64,000 bases of DNA from an uncultured Verrucomicrobiae bacterium (GCA_963754775.1 CAVWHM010000045.1:134494-198493); one strand, 5' to 3'. Counted from the first letter of the stretch, positions 52,972 to 61,680 are shown. The notes: a model not told the origin generated them from the letters alone. Numbers and translations: made by a program.

Positions 52972-53454
52972 TCAACGGTTCCGCGGCGGAACCTTGATGG
53001 TGGAATCGGACGGTATGTTGATCGGCGGCAAAACTATGGGAGTGTTCGTGGACGCCGGTGGCTTGCGCGGGGAAAGTTGTTTCATCAGCTCTTCAAACTG
53101 TTTTCTCTGTTCCAGCGTCAATTCGGTGCGAATGCGTTGGCGCACCTCCTGCGAGACGAGCCGCCAAAGATCGCGGTTGCGCTCCTGGCCGTCGGCGATG
53201 ATCTTCCCGATTTTTTCGCGCTGTTCCGGCGTCAGGTGCAAAGCTGCATCCAGTTGTTCGACAAACTGCTGGTTCAGCATTTGCGGGCGTGGCAATTGCG
53301 ATTCCTGGGAACCGGGCCGGTCATGGCGCGCCCCGGCGAACGGCCGGCGGATTTCCGGGTGCGCGCGGTCAACGTAATTGACGAGCAACCCGCCCGTCAC
53401 CACGCCGCAGCCAAAAATTACCACGGTGGCCAGAATGATTTTCCAGGAATTCAC
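52972..53454 (-). CDS. Periplasmic LTXXQ-motif protein (Spy/CpxP-like)
   Basis: N-terminal TM/signal. LTPEQREKI and LTLEQRKQF motifs. GTG start overlaps the upstream stop. Confidence 0.6.
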   Translation of the reverse strand: MNSWKIILATVVIFGCGVVTGGLLVNYVDRAHPEIRRPFAGARHDRPGSQESQLPRPQMLNQQFVEQLDAALHLTPEQREKIGKIIADGQERNRDLWRLVSQEVRQRIRTELTLEQRKQFEELMKQLSPRKPPASTNTPIVLPPINIPSDSTIKVPPRNR

Positions 53455-53765
53455 TGTGCTTGGTCGTTTTGATCCACTGAAGCCAGCAGCGTGTTCTCAA
53501 AATTCTGCGAGAGGTCGGTGGAATTGGTTGAGGCTGTCGAGTTGGCGACGACCCATACGCCGAGCAATAACATAATCGCCACACAGAAGGCCGCCGCCTG
53601 CCAAAGCCTGCGGGTCCACAACACCCACTTGTCCGCCCCGGTGCGTGACGCCAGCAACGCCATGACGCGTTTTTCAAAGGCGTAAGGCACGCGGTCGTCC
53701 GGCGCATTGGCGCGGGCGGCGGCAAGCAGTTTCTTTTCCAGTTCGGCGATGTTCATACCAACCAT
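53451..53765 (-). CDS. Small single-TM protein, probable anti-sigma factor
   Basis: 104 aa. One TM (AAAFCVAIMLLLGVWVV). Sits between the ECF sigma and LTXXQ genes. Confidence 0.45.
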   Translation of the reverse strand: MVGMNIAELEKKLLAAARANAPDDRVPYAFEKRVMALLASRTGADKWVLWTRRLWQAAAFCVAIMLLLGVWVVANSTASTNSTDLSQNFENTLLASVDQNDQAQ

Positions 53766-53795
53766 GATTTTTAGACGGCGTCACGCAATGCCGGG

Positions 53796-54371
53796 TTACA
53801 GATACTTCTCCGTCGCCATTTTCGTCAGGATTTTCCGCATCTCCGCGCGCGCCCGGAACGCGCGCACCTTCACCAGCGGCACCGACCAACCGGTGAGTTG
53901 GGCGATTTCCTTGACCGAACGGTCCTCAATTTCCAGCAAGGTGATGACCAGCCGCGCCGGCGGTGAAAGTTTTTCAAGCAAGCGTCCGACGAGCAATTTT
54001 GCAGCGTCGGCGGTATCAGCAGCAGTTTCGGGTTGGGTGACAAAACGTTCCAACCAATCGGCTTCCGGCCCGGCCAAATCCGAAAACGCCGACTCCCGAT
54101 TGCGCTGGTGGCCGCGCAAAAAATCGTAGCACGTCCGCACCGTCAGGCGCATCAGCCAGTGCTCAAACGGCGCTTCGCCGCGGAAGCTGTCGAGTTTTTC
54201 AAATGCCTTGAGCCAGACTTCCTGCGCGATGTCTTCAATCTCGCTTTCACGGCGGGCGTAACGGCGGGCGGTGGCGAAGACGCGCGGTGAATATTTTTGA
54301 ACCAGCGGCTCGAAGCTCGCGGGGTCGCCTCGCAAGACCGCGGCAATCAACTCCGCCTCAGTCCGTTCCAT
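53796..54371 (-). CDS. ECF-type RNA polymerase sigma-70 factor
   Basis: 191 aa. Region 2 (FEPLVQKYSPRVFATARRYARRESEIEDIAQEVW) and region 4 (SVKEIAQLTGWSVPLVKVRAFRAR). Confidence 0.85.
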   Translation of the reverse strand: MERTEAELIAAVLRGDPASFEPLVQKYSPRVFATARRYARRESEIEDIAQEVWLKAFEKLDSFRGEAPFEHWLMRLTVRTCYDFLRGHQRNRESAFSDLAGPEADWLERFVTQPETAADTADAAKLLVGRLLEKLSPPARLVITLLEIEDRSVKEIAQLTGWSVPLVKVRAFRARAEMRKILTKMATEKYL

Positions 54372-54434
54372 GGCGCGCGATTATGTCGGGTGTTTTGTCC
54401 GGGCTAAAGGGAAAAGCTGTTCGGGTGGATACGC

Positions 54435-54689
54435 TCAAGGCCGCGTGATGTGAAGCGCCGCCTCGAAATCGCGGGAAAACTGTGAAATGGCGCCGGTAAT
54501 TTTGCGCGGCTGCTCGATCAGGGTGTTCCACATGTTCCCGGCGTTTTCCGGGCGGCGTTGAATCAACTCGACCGCCGCGGTCATCAGTGACAGGCCGTTG
54601 TTCACATCGTGGCGCAGGTCGGCGAGTTTTTGGTTCAACTCGTGTATCTGTTCGGCGCTCAAGGTGACGGGTTCATTCGGCAAAAGCAT
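54435..54689 (-). CDS. Small helical protein with a histidine-kinase H-box-like motif (tentative)
   Basis: 84 aa. LADLRHDVNNGLSLMTAAVELI resembles a HisKA/DHp H-box. No ATPase domain. Confidence 0.35.
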   Translation of the reverse strand: MLLPNEPVTLSAEQIHELNQKLADLRHDVNNGLSLMTAAVELIQRRPENAGNMWNTLIEQPRKITGAISQFSRDFEAALHITRP

Positions 54690-54741
54690 TCCGCAAGATG
54701 CTCACAGCGGGTCGTAAAATCAAGCGGGTTTCATGAAACAG

Positions 54742-54774
54742 TGAATTGGAGCGAGCGAAGGGATTCGAACCCTC
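54742..54774. repeat. Direct repeat: 33-bp copy of the tRNA-Gly 3' end plus 5 nt (distal att-like site)
   Basis: tgaattggagcgagcgaagggattcgaaccctc is identical to 57963-57995. There is no tRNA continuation beyond it. Confidence 0.8.
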
Positions 54775-55054
54775 AGCACAAAATTCACAAAGCACGCAAA
54801 ATCAGGAACCTCCACAACCTGCTAAAGAGGGCTATACACAAATACGCGCACAAATTTTAGGCGAGCTTGGACCTGAACTGACGCATGTGGTCACTACCTG
54901 GTCGAAACTTTCTGCGCCACTCAAGGCAGCAATTCTCGCCATCGTCAATTCAACGGAGGATGAGCAATGACCACCGTTCTTCTGAAAGCTTCTCCTGAAG
55001 CATTACCGCTCAAATGTGGAGGCTTTGGGATATGGCCCCTAATTGCGGCAGTGC

Positions 55055-55074
55055 CCTGCGCCGTAAGGCGCAGG
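55055..55074. other. 8-bp stem / GTAA loop hairpin just upstream of the Rep gene (candidate origin or terminator)
   Basis: cctgcgcc-gtaa-ggcgcagg. Confidence 0.3.
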
Positions 55075-55130
55075 CGCACGCCGCATGGGTTTATTACTAA
55101 AGCAATATCTAGCACGTCAATTTTCACGGA

Positions 55131-55913
55131 ATGAATATATTAATTAAAGAATGTAGGGAAAATAGTGCTGATATTGATTTGGGGGTCAAAGCGAAATCAA
55201 AACTGCACTGGCTGACGCGGTGGCGTATCAGGGAGTCCGTCCGGTTTCTTTTGAAGCGCTACGGGCGGAATTGTACATGGGTCACGCTGGGGTTTGCGGA
55301 GAATTACACAGAATTAGAAAAACCGCAAAAATGTTTAAAGCTTCTACGGCAAAGGGTTTTGCGTTGGAAACCAGCGAGCCGAGCCGTTGGTGTTTGGCAA
55401 CGCCAAAAGCGGGGCGCATGGCACGTTCATCTCGTGTTATCGCATCGTGTGGCAAGGAAAGTTTTTGTGCCAATGGCTGAGGTCTGTGGATTTGGTCGTG
55501 CTGGTGTGGATTTTAAGGGGATAGACTTGCAATGTGGTGCGGACGGTGTGGCCTCATATATGACGCGATACCTTGGGCACAGTGACGGCGGAAAGTGGCC
55601 AGCCGAACCTGATAACAGGCTTGTGACAGGTTGGGGCGGCGGGATGGTGGCAAAGGGCCGTTTTGTGATTCTTGGTGGGTTGGCGGAAATTTATTGGCGG
55701 GGCCGGTTTCTGTTTGGCGGGCGGGACGAGTCTGGCATGAAGCAGCTTGATTGGATGTACCACGTACGGGCATGTCGTGACGAAATAATGCGAATGGGTT
55801 GGACGTGTTTAACCGCAGCGCAGGCAACCTCCCTTTTGAAAAGTCGGTCGGTGCGAAACTGGTTGAGTAAGTGGAAAATGCTCCGCCAATGTTCGGCAGT
55901 TGAAAGGGGGTGA
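55131..55913 (+). CDS. HUH-superfamily rolling-circle replication initiator-like protein (Rep)
   Basis: 260 aa. Motif I-like WVTLGF, HUH motif WHVHLVL, Tyr motif VASYMTRYLGH, in the canonical order. Confidence 0.55.
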   Translation: MNILIKECRENSADIDLGVKAKSKLHWLTRWRIRESVRFLLKRYGRNCTWVTLGFAENYTELEKPQKCLKLLRQRVLRWKPASRAVGVWQRQKRGAWHVHLVLSHRVARKVFVPMAEVCGFGRAGVDFKGIDLQCGADGVASYMTRYLGHSDGGKWPAEPDNRLVTGWGGGMVAKGRFVILGGLAEIYWRGRFLFGGRDESGMKQLDWMYHVRACRDEIMRMGWTCLTAAQATSLLKSRSVRNWLSKWKMLRQCSAVERG

Positions 55914-56137
55914 TCAAGATGCCTGAGTTAAAAACGACTGATAGCGACTGTTTGGTTTGGGAGAACGGTCTTTGCTGGCTTGCTACTGTGGTTGACGGTC
56001 GGGAGCAGTGCAATTATTTGGGTGAGATTGGTGCGGTGGACGAGGTGCGAGCCTTTTGTGAGTCTCATGGAATACGGTTGTTGGTAATGCGAAAGGACCG
56101 GGCTGCGTTCCGGCCCCCGCTTCCAATCAGACCGTAG
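55910..56137 (+). CDS. Hypothetical small protein (element-borne)
   Basis: 75-aa ORF. GTG 55910 overlaps the Rep stop; an ATG lies at 55919. No recognisable motif. Confidence 0.35.
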   Translation: MIKMPELKTTDSDCLVWENGLCWLATVVDGREQCNYLGEIGAVDEVRAFCESHGIRLLVMRKDRAAFRPPLPIRP

Positions 56138-56225
56138 TTTTGAGCGAAGTGAATCCAATAACACACTTTTAACGACTGACACGGTTTGTAATTTTGTTTC
56201 ATAGCGTCTTGGTTTGTGAATTCCG

Positions 56226-56822
56226 TTATTTCTCCAATTCATTCAAAGCCGCTTCAAGATTAGTCTGTGTGTCAGCAAGTTTTTGTTTAATTTGGACCTG
56301 CGCCGCCTGTTCGCCTTCAGCATGGCGCAATACTTCGCACATGAGATGTCGGCGAAGTCCATTAGTCTCACGTACCAAATGATTCAATATAGGATTAACA
56401 GTAGGCTTGCCTATTTTTGTCAGTGCTTCTTCGGCTGGATATAATCCCCAGCGCTGAATGTCGGTCTTTGGATCGAACCGGGTTGCCATTAAATCAATAT
56501 ATTCTAATAAGGCTTCCACAGAATTCGTGTCACTCGGACGCAATTCACCAAGAAAATAAATGACCAGTACCTTTTTGTCGTCAGTAAGATTGCCCTGCCG
56601 TAATTGGTAAACTAAATTAGTGACATATTCAGCGTCTATTTTCTTCGCCTTTCTTGCGACGATTAAATTACATTCAGAATTAACGGCGTCGTTTGCCTCG
56701 TCGTATGACATTTTATTGAAGTCGGGAGGTAAAACAGCATGGGATGGGTTTGTTATTTGATTTTGTGAGTTGACACTACACGCAATAAGGAAGATCGTGG
56801 CAATAATTGCTTTTAGTTTCAT
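56226..56822 (-). CDS. Hypothetical lipoprotein/secreted helical protein (element-borne)
   Basis: Trimmed to the ATG at 56822. Signal MKLKAIIATIFLIACS. AT-rich codon usage. Confidence 0.5.
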   Translation of the reverse strand: MKLKAIIATIFLIACSVNSQNQITNPSHAVLPPDFNKMSYDEANDAVNSECNLIVARKAKKIDAEYVTNLVYQLRQGNLTDDKKVLVIYFLGELRPSDTNSVEALLEYIDLMATRFDPKTDIQRWGLYPAEEALTKIGKPTVNPILNHLVRETNGLRRHLMCEVLRHAEGEQAAQVQIKQKLADTQTNLEAALNELEK

Positions 56823-56833
56823 AATATACTTGT

Positions 56834-57946
56834 TTATCTGTGTGTATAATTTGGGCTGGTAGGCAAAGTAATAAGCGACGTGCTTAACGCGTTCAACTGA
56901 ACCTTGTTGGTAGCATCCACATCTACCTGCGCTGTATAACTCCAAGTATTCGTGTCAGAGCAGGTTTGATCTCCATTCCCCAAATTCACTGTCACATATT
57001 GATAAAAGTCATCATAGCATTCGGAAGTATGAATAATAAATGTGCCAGAGAAATGCTCTGAACATCCCGGAGCGTCTAAACCAAATATATCTCCATTTGC
57101 TGGATTTAAATATTTATCATCAGCATTGTTGGCATCATCTACCCCCGGTAGGGGATTTGAAATCGTTGGCCCCGATTCCCAGACGCCGGAATTGTAATTT
57201 CCGCCGTTGTCCCATGCTATTACTACCCTAGTTCTTTTCATGTCCCAATTAGTAGTTAAGAGATTTCCAATCCCTATTGGCTGAAGAACTGCCTTAGCTT
57301 CCATTTTCCCAATCGTATAAGAATATGTAAGACTTGGATTGCTTAAGCAATCGAGCGTTCCGAGGTTGTTTCCACCGCCAAGTATTGCTGGCCAATTATT
57401 ATCCAAGCTATTTAAAACCGCTGCTTTATCATCTGGGTCGAGCGTGCCATTGACTTTGATAGTAAGATTCGCCCAGATTACCCAGACATTGATGCTGACG
57501 CTTGACGAACCGAGCGAAGCCGTCACCGCCGTCTCGGCAGGAGTCGCTTTGGACACCCGCCGTTGCAGCGGATTGCCCGACACCGCTTCTCCACCGCTCC
57601 ATTGAATATTTGCCGCCACATTGGTCAGGATATAGTCATTCGTCATGCTCAACATAGCCTGCACAATTACATAATCGTTGGTCGCTTCCACCGCTGCCCA
57701 GTTTGTCGTCCCATTAATCTGCACTGCACTATTTGACACCACCGTCAACAGAAAATTCATAGCCTGAGGATTAAAACTATAATCACTATATTGATAACCC
57801 GGCGCTGTTGCCAGCTTCAACGGCACAGTTACGCGCACAGATTTTAGTCCAAGAGGGTCAAAACGTGGCGCAACCTGTCGCAAAGAGCGAAGGGCAGAAA
57901 AGCGATAACGGGCCTGTAAATGACGGGGTTTGTCTCGGTGTGGCAT
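56834..57946 (-). CDS. Hypothetical beta-rich protein (element-borne)
   Basis: The listed ORF begins inside the tRNA, so it was trimmed to the ATG at 57946; another candidate start is MNFLL further downstream. Asn/Ser/Thr/Gly-rich with several Cys. No recognisable motif. Confidence 0.4.
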   Translation of the reverse strand: MPHRDKPRHLQARYRFSALRSLRQVAPRFDPLGLKSVRVTVPLKLATAPGYQYSDYSFNPQAMNFLLTVVSNSAVQINGTTNWAAVEATNDYVIVQAMLSMTNDYILTNVAANIQWSGGEAVSGNPLQRRVSKATPAETAVTASLGSSSVSINVWVIWANLTIKVNGTLDPDDKAAVLNSLDNNWPAILGGGNNLGTLDCLSNPSLTYSYTIGKMEAKAVLQPIGIGNLLTTNWDMKRTRVVIAWDNGGNYNSGVWESGPTISNPLPGVDDANNADDKYLNPANGDIFGLDAPGCSEHFSGTFIIHTSECYDDFYQYVTVNLGNGDQTCSDTNTWSYTAQVDVDATNKVQLNALSTSLITLPTSPNYTHR

Positions 57947-57967
57947 CGCTGGTCGCAGATGATGAAT

Positions 57968-58044
57968 TGGAGCGAGCGAAGGGATTCGAACCCTCGACAC
58001 TCACGTTGGCAACGTGATGCTCTACCAGGCTGAGCTACGCTCGC
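57968..58044 (-). tRNA. tRNA-Gly (anticodon GCC)
   Basis: Manual cloverleaf on the minus strand: acceptor GCGAGCG/CGCTCGC, D arm GCTC-AGCCTGGTA-GAGC, anticodon stem TCACG/CGTGA with loop TTGCCAA, T arm GAGGG-TTCGAAT-CCCTT, discriminator T, encoded CCA. Confidence 0.9.
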
Positions 58045-58096
58045 TTCCAGAAAGTTCGGAAGGCTATGCCCGCCCGCGGAATTTGCAAGCCTGATT

Positions 58097-58522
58097 TCAG
58101 CCTGACTTCGCCGGTTTGCCCAGCACCGAACGGATCACCTTGAGCAAATCGTCGTGGTCAATCGGCTTGTGGAAAAACGCGGCGGCGCCGCTGCTCGCGG
58201 CCCGTTCCTTGTATTTGGGGTCTTCGCTGCCAGTGATGATGATGATGGGAATTTTTCTCGCTGTGTCCAGCCGTTGGAACCATTCCATGACGCGAAAGCC
58301 GTCCCACGGCACACCGTCCACGGCGGGCGGAAAACCGATGTCCAGCAAAATCAAATCGGGATTTTCCTTGCGTGCGGCGGCAACGGCTTCAGCCCCGTCC
58401 AGGGCCGTGAAGACCCGATAACCAGCTCCCTGCAGTTTCAGAGAAACTGTCTTCAGGATGATCTCGTTATCATCCACCACCAAAATTTTTTTTACAGGCC
58501 CGGATGCGGATTCAGCACTCAT
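58097..58522 (-). CDS. Single-domain response regulator (CheY-like receiver)
   Basis: KILVVDDNEIIL...DLILLDIGFPP...IPIIIITG. ATG at 58522 (GTG at 58534 is possible). Confidence 0.85.
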   Translation of the reverse strand: MSAESASGPVKKILVVDDNEIILKTVSLKLQGAGYRVFTALDGAEAVAAARKENPDLILLDIGFPPAVDGVPWDGFRVMEWFQRLDTARKIPIIIITGSEDPKYKERAASSGAAAFFHKPIDHDDLLKVIRSVLGKPAKSG

Positions 58523-58655
58523 AATCGTCAACACCGAAACTCGGTTCGCTTTTCCCCAACAGCGATGTCAGCAAAAATAACGAACCGGCCATGCTAAACA
58601 AAGCACATTTTATGCCCTTTGACTTCCAGCCCATCCGCCATGCTAAACTGGGCCT

Positions 58656-59384
58656 GTGAGCAATGTCTTTTATGCCCCGGGCGAACAACACGCCTCGAAG
58701 GTCAACGACCTTTTCACCGCCATCGCCCGGCGTTACGATTGGCTTAACGATCTGCAAAGTTTCGGCCTCCACCGCCGCTGGAAACGTCGCGTCGTCGAAC
58801 TCGCCGCCGTAAAACCCGGTGACCGTGCGCTGGATTTGTGCTGCGGCACCGGGGACCTGGCGCTGGCGCTCGTGCAACGCGGCGCGGAAGTCGTGGGCCT
58901 GGATTTCAGCGGGGCCATGCTCGAAATCGCGGAAAAACGCCGGCTGAAAACTCCCGAATCCCAAATCTCAAATCTGAAATTTATTCAGGGTGACGCGCAG
59001 CAAATTCCGTTTCCCGACCATTCATTTGATATTGTCACGGTTGGCTACGGGCTGCGGAATCTGACGAACTGGGATGCAGGGCTGGCCGAAATGTACCGTG
59101 TCGCCGAGCCGGGCGGGCGGCTCGTCGTGCTGGATTTTGGCAGGCCACCGAATGCCGTTTGGCGGACGGCTTATTTCATGCACCTTAAAATTTTTGTGCC
59201 GCTGCTGGGCTGGGTATTTTGCGGCAACGCCCAGGCTTACGCCTACATTCTCGAATCCTTGAAACATTACCCGGCGCAAAATGGCGTCGCAGCCAAAATG
59301 CGGGAACTAAAGCTGGCGAACGTGCGCGTTATCAATTTGCTCGGCGGTGCGATGGCCATCAACTGCGGCGAGAAACTGCTTTGA
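58656..59384 (+). CDS. ubiE: Demethylmenaquinone / ubiquinone biosynthesis C-methyltransferase
   Basis: 242 aa. GTG start. YDWLNDLQSFGLHRRWKR, ALDLCCGTGDL, GYGLRNLTNW. Confidence 0.85.
   Translation: MSNVFYAPGEQHASKVNDLFTAIARRYDWLNDLQSFGLHRRWKRRVVELAAVKPGDRALDLCCGTGDLALALVQRGAEVVGLDFSGAMLEIAEKRRLKTPESQISNLKFIQGDAQQIPFPDHSFDIVTVGYGLRNLTNWDAGLAEMYRVAEPGGRLVVLDFGRPPNAVWRTAYFMHLKIFVPLLGWVFCGNAQAYAYILESLKHYPAQNGVAAKMRELKLANVRVINLLGGAMAINCGEKLL
58953..58982. repeat. 7-nt-periodic repeat (CAAATCT units) in frame inside ubiE
   Basis: cccgaat cccaaat ctcaaat ctgaaat tt encodes TPESQISNLKF. Confidence 0.4.
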
Positions 59385-60198
59385 CCGGCAACTCGATCGT
59401 TTGCAGCTCGCGTGCGGCGTCCACTTTCAATCTGGCCTTCTGTTTGACGACGAGTTGGCGTGCGTGTTTCACGAAGGCGTCAATCCGTTTGTCATCGTGG
59501 TCAGGGTCATGGTGAAACAGGCAAAGTTGTTTGACTCCGGCCTTCACTGCGAGCGCGACCGAATCGTCCACGCATCCATGTCCCCAGCCAATGTGCTTTT
59601 TGTATTCCGCCGAATCATACTGCGAATCGAGAATCAGTACATCCACGTCGCGCAGGAATTCAATCATTTCCCGGTTTTCGCCGCCCTGTCTGGATTCGGC
59701 GTCGGGGAAAAACGCCACCAACCCATCGGGGGAAAACAGCCGGTAGCCGACGCACAGCCCCGGGTGATTCGCGCGTTGCGCCCGCACACAGACCGAGCCG
59801 ATGTTGAGATTGAAATCCTTGAGTTCCTCAATTTCAATGTTGCTGGGCAGTTTGGCGAACGGGACGGGGAAATACGTGCTTTCCATCTGGCCGGTCAGTG
59901 CGTTGACCAGGCCCTTGCGCGCACCTTCACCGCCCAGAATCCGCAGCTGGCAGTGCGGATCGTAAATTGGCGCAAAGAACGGCAGCCCTTGAATATGGTC
60001 CCAGTGCGTGTGCGTCAGCAGCAACGTCAGGTTCAACGGCTGATTCTTGAATTCCGCCAGCAACGCGCGGCCCAGCGCGCGCAACCCCGAACCCGCATCA
60101 AGGATGATGATGTCGTCGCCCGAACGCACTTCGACGCAGGACGTGTTGCCGCCGTAGCGCACCGTGGCCGGTCCCGGCGTGGGGATCGAGCCGCGCAC
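59359..60198 (-). CDS. MBL-fold metallo-hydrolase
   Basis: 279 aa. GTG start. LLTHTHWDHIQG (HxHxDH). Confidence 0.8.
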   Translation of the reverse strand: MRGSIPTPGPATVRYGGNTSCVEVRSGDDIIILDAGSGLRALGRALLAEFKNQPLNLTLLLTHTHWDHIQGLPFFAPIYDPHCQLRILGGEGARKGLVNALTGQMESTYFPVPFAKLPSNIEIEELKDFNLNIGSVCVRAQRANHPGLCVGYRLFSPDGLVAFFPDAESRQGGENREMIEFLRDVDVLILDSQYDSAEYKKHIGWGHGCVDDSVALAVKAGVKQLCLFHHDPDHDDKRIDAFVKHARQLVVKQKARLKVDAARELQTIELPVKAVSRRS

Positions 60199-60341
60199 GC
60201 CCCAAAATTTTACGCGGGTGGCGGTTTTGATGGGGACAATCTAGCGCAGTGGCGGCGGAAAATAAAACTGAAAACCGCTTTCCGTGTCGCCGGAAAATCT
60301 TGCATGGGCTGGCGCAGAAGACTATTTTCCCGCGCTCCGGC

Positions 60342-60417
60342 GGGTTGGTAGCTCAGTTGGTAGAGCAGTGCCCTTTTAAGGCATTGGTCCAGGGTTCGAG
60401 TCCCTGCCAACCCACCA
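60342..60417 (+). tRNA. tRNA-Lys (anticodon TTT)
   Basis: Manual cloverleaf: acceptor GGGTTGG/CCAACCC, D arm GCTC-AGTTGGTA-GAGC, anticodon stem GTGCC/GGCAT with loop CTTTTAA, T arm CAGGG-TTCGAGT-CCCTG, discriminator A, CCA. Confidence 0.9.
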
Positions 60418-60464
60418 CATCGAAACTTGCCCCGGTTGCGCCGGGCCGCTTACCCTGCGCAGCA

Positions 60465-61580
60465 ATGCGGCTGTTGGACCGGTATTTGTTCCGTGAACTG
60501 TTCGCGTCGCTGGCGTATTGCCTCGGCGGCTTCATGATTTTCTGGATTTCCTACGACCTTTTCACCGGGCTGGAGGAAATGCAGGAACGCAAATTGCATC
60601 TGTTCGACGTTCTCGAATATGTCGCCACCATGGTGCCGGAATATCTCGTGACGGTCCTGCCCATCTCGCTCCTGCTGGCACTGCTTTATACGCTCACGCA
60701 CCTGGCGCGCCACAACGAGATCACCGCCATGCGCGCGGCCGGCGTAAGCCTGTGGCGGTTGAGCGCGCCATATTTCCTGGTCGGCTGCCTCGCCAGCATC
60801 GCGTTGTTCGTGCTGAATGAATTTTGCGTGCCACGCAGTACGGAATGGGCAAACCACATTCTGAACCGTTACGTGCAGAAGCCCGACGACCTCGAAGCGC
60901 AGAATCATTTCACCGGTTTTGTCAACGCACGCGAACACCGCCTGTGGCAGTTTGGCGAATATCACGTCCGGACAGCCGAAATGCTCAATCCTAACGTCAG
61001 TTGGACCCTGACGAATGGCGTCCTCCGGCAGCTCAGGGCCGACCGCGCCATTTATACCAACGACACCTGGACCTTTTTCGGCGTGAAAGAATTCGAGCAG
61101 TCCGGCGTCACCGCTCCGCTCTTGCCATCGCGCCAAACCAATGTCCTGGCCATGCCGCAATTCACCGAAACGCCCAAGGAAATTGAAAGTGAAATCAAAA
61201 TCAGCAACTACCAAAGCCTCCGCGTCTCCCACAAAGCCGATATCCCCCTCGCGGACATTCTGGCTTACCTGAAGCTGCATCCTCATCCGTCGCGCGTGGA
61301 TTCGGCCCGGTTGCTCACCGAACTGCATGAGCGGTTGGCTGCGCCGTGGACGTGCCTGGTCGTGGTACTCATCGCAATTCCTTTCGGTGCGGCGTCCGGC
61401 CGGCGAAATCTGTTTGTCGGTGTGGCCGGCAGCATTTTCATCTGCTTTGCTTTTTTCGTGCTCCAGCGGGTTGGACTGGCACTGGGCCTCAGTGGATGGC
61501 TGCCGGCGTGGCTGGCGGCGTGGTTGCCCAACTTGATTTTCGGCGTAGCGGGCTTGTGGCTGACGGCGAGGGTAAGATGA
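60465..61580 (+). CDS. LptF/LptG-family (YjgP/YjgQ) permease
   Basis: The listed ORF reads through the tRNA, so it was trimmed to the ATG at 60465. MRLLDRYLFRELFASLAYCLGGFMIF is the typical family N-terminus. 6 TM plus a periplasmic domain. Confidence 0.8.
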   Translation: MRLLDRYLFRELFASLAYCLGGFMIFWISYDLFTGLEEMQERKLHLFDVLEYVATMVPEYLVTVLPISLLLALLYTLTHLARHNEITAMRAAGVSLWRLSAPYFLVGCLASIALFVLNEFCVPRSTEWANHILNRYVQKPDDLEAQNHFTGFVNAREHRLWQFGEYHVRTAEMLNPNVSWTLTNGVLRQLRADRAIYTNDTWTFFGVKEFEQSGVTAPLLPSRQTNVLAMPQFTETPKEIESEIKISNYQSLRVSHKADIPLADILAYLKLHPHPSRVDSARLLTELHERLAAPWTCLVVVLIAIPFGAASGRRNLFVGVAGSIFICFAFFVLQRVGLALGLSGWLPAWLAAWLPNLIFGVAGLWLTARVR

Positions 61581-61680
61581 GTTTTCAGCTTTTAACTTTA
61601 AGTTTGAACGGCCGGGCCTCAACGGCGGGCCAGCCAGCGAAGAATCCGGGATTCAAAACCAACAACAGACAATTGGAACT

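Larger units (their letters stand above)
54742..57995. mobile_element. About 3.2-kb low-GC integrated element at tRNA-Gly, encoding a HUH Rep and no recognisable integrase
   Basis: Bounded by 33-bp perfect direct repeats, one inside the intact tRNA-Gly 3' end. Hand-counted 60-nt lines inside give 33-37% G+C, against 53-67% in three lines counted in the leuS region. Contents are Rep, small ORFs and two secreted/lipoprotein-like ORFs. Confidence 0.65.

Noticed and set aside
54746-54970. 74-aa ORF at the left end of the element as a confident gene
   Set aside because: Its only start codon lies in the tRNA-derived repeat. The C-terminal ...TTWSKLSAPLKAAILAIVNS looks protein-like, but I cannot tie it to a family, so it is not listed as a feature.
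54775-57962. An integrase or transposase inside the tRNA-Gly element
   Set aside because: None of the ORFs shows tyrosine recombinase (R..HxxR..Y), serine recombinase or DDE patterns. The tRNA-proximal ORF is a beta-rich Asn/Ser/Thr protein.
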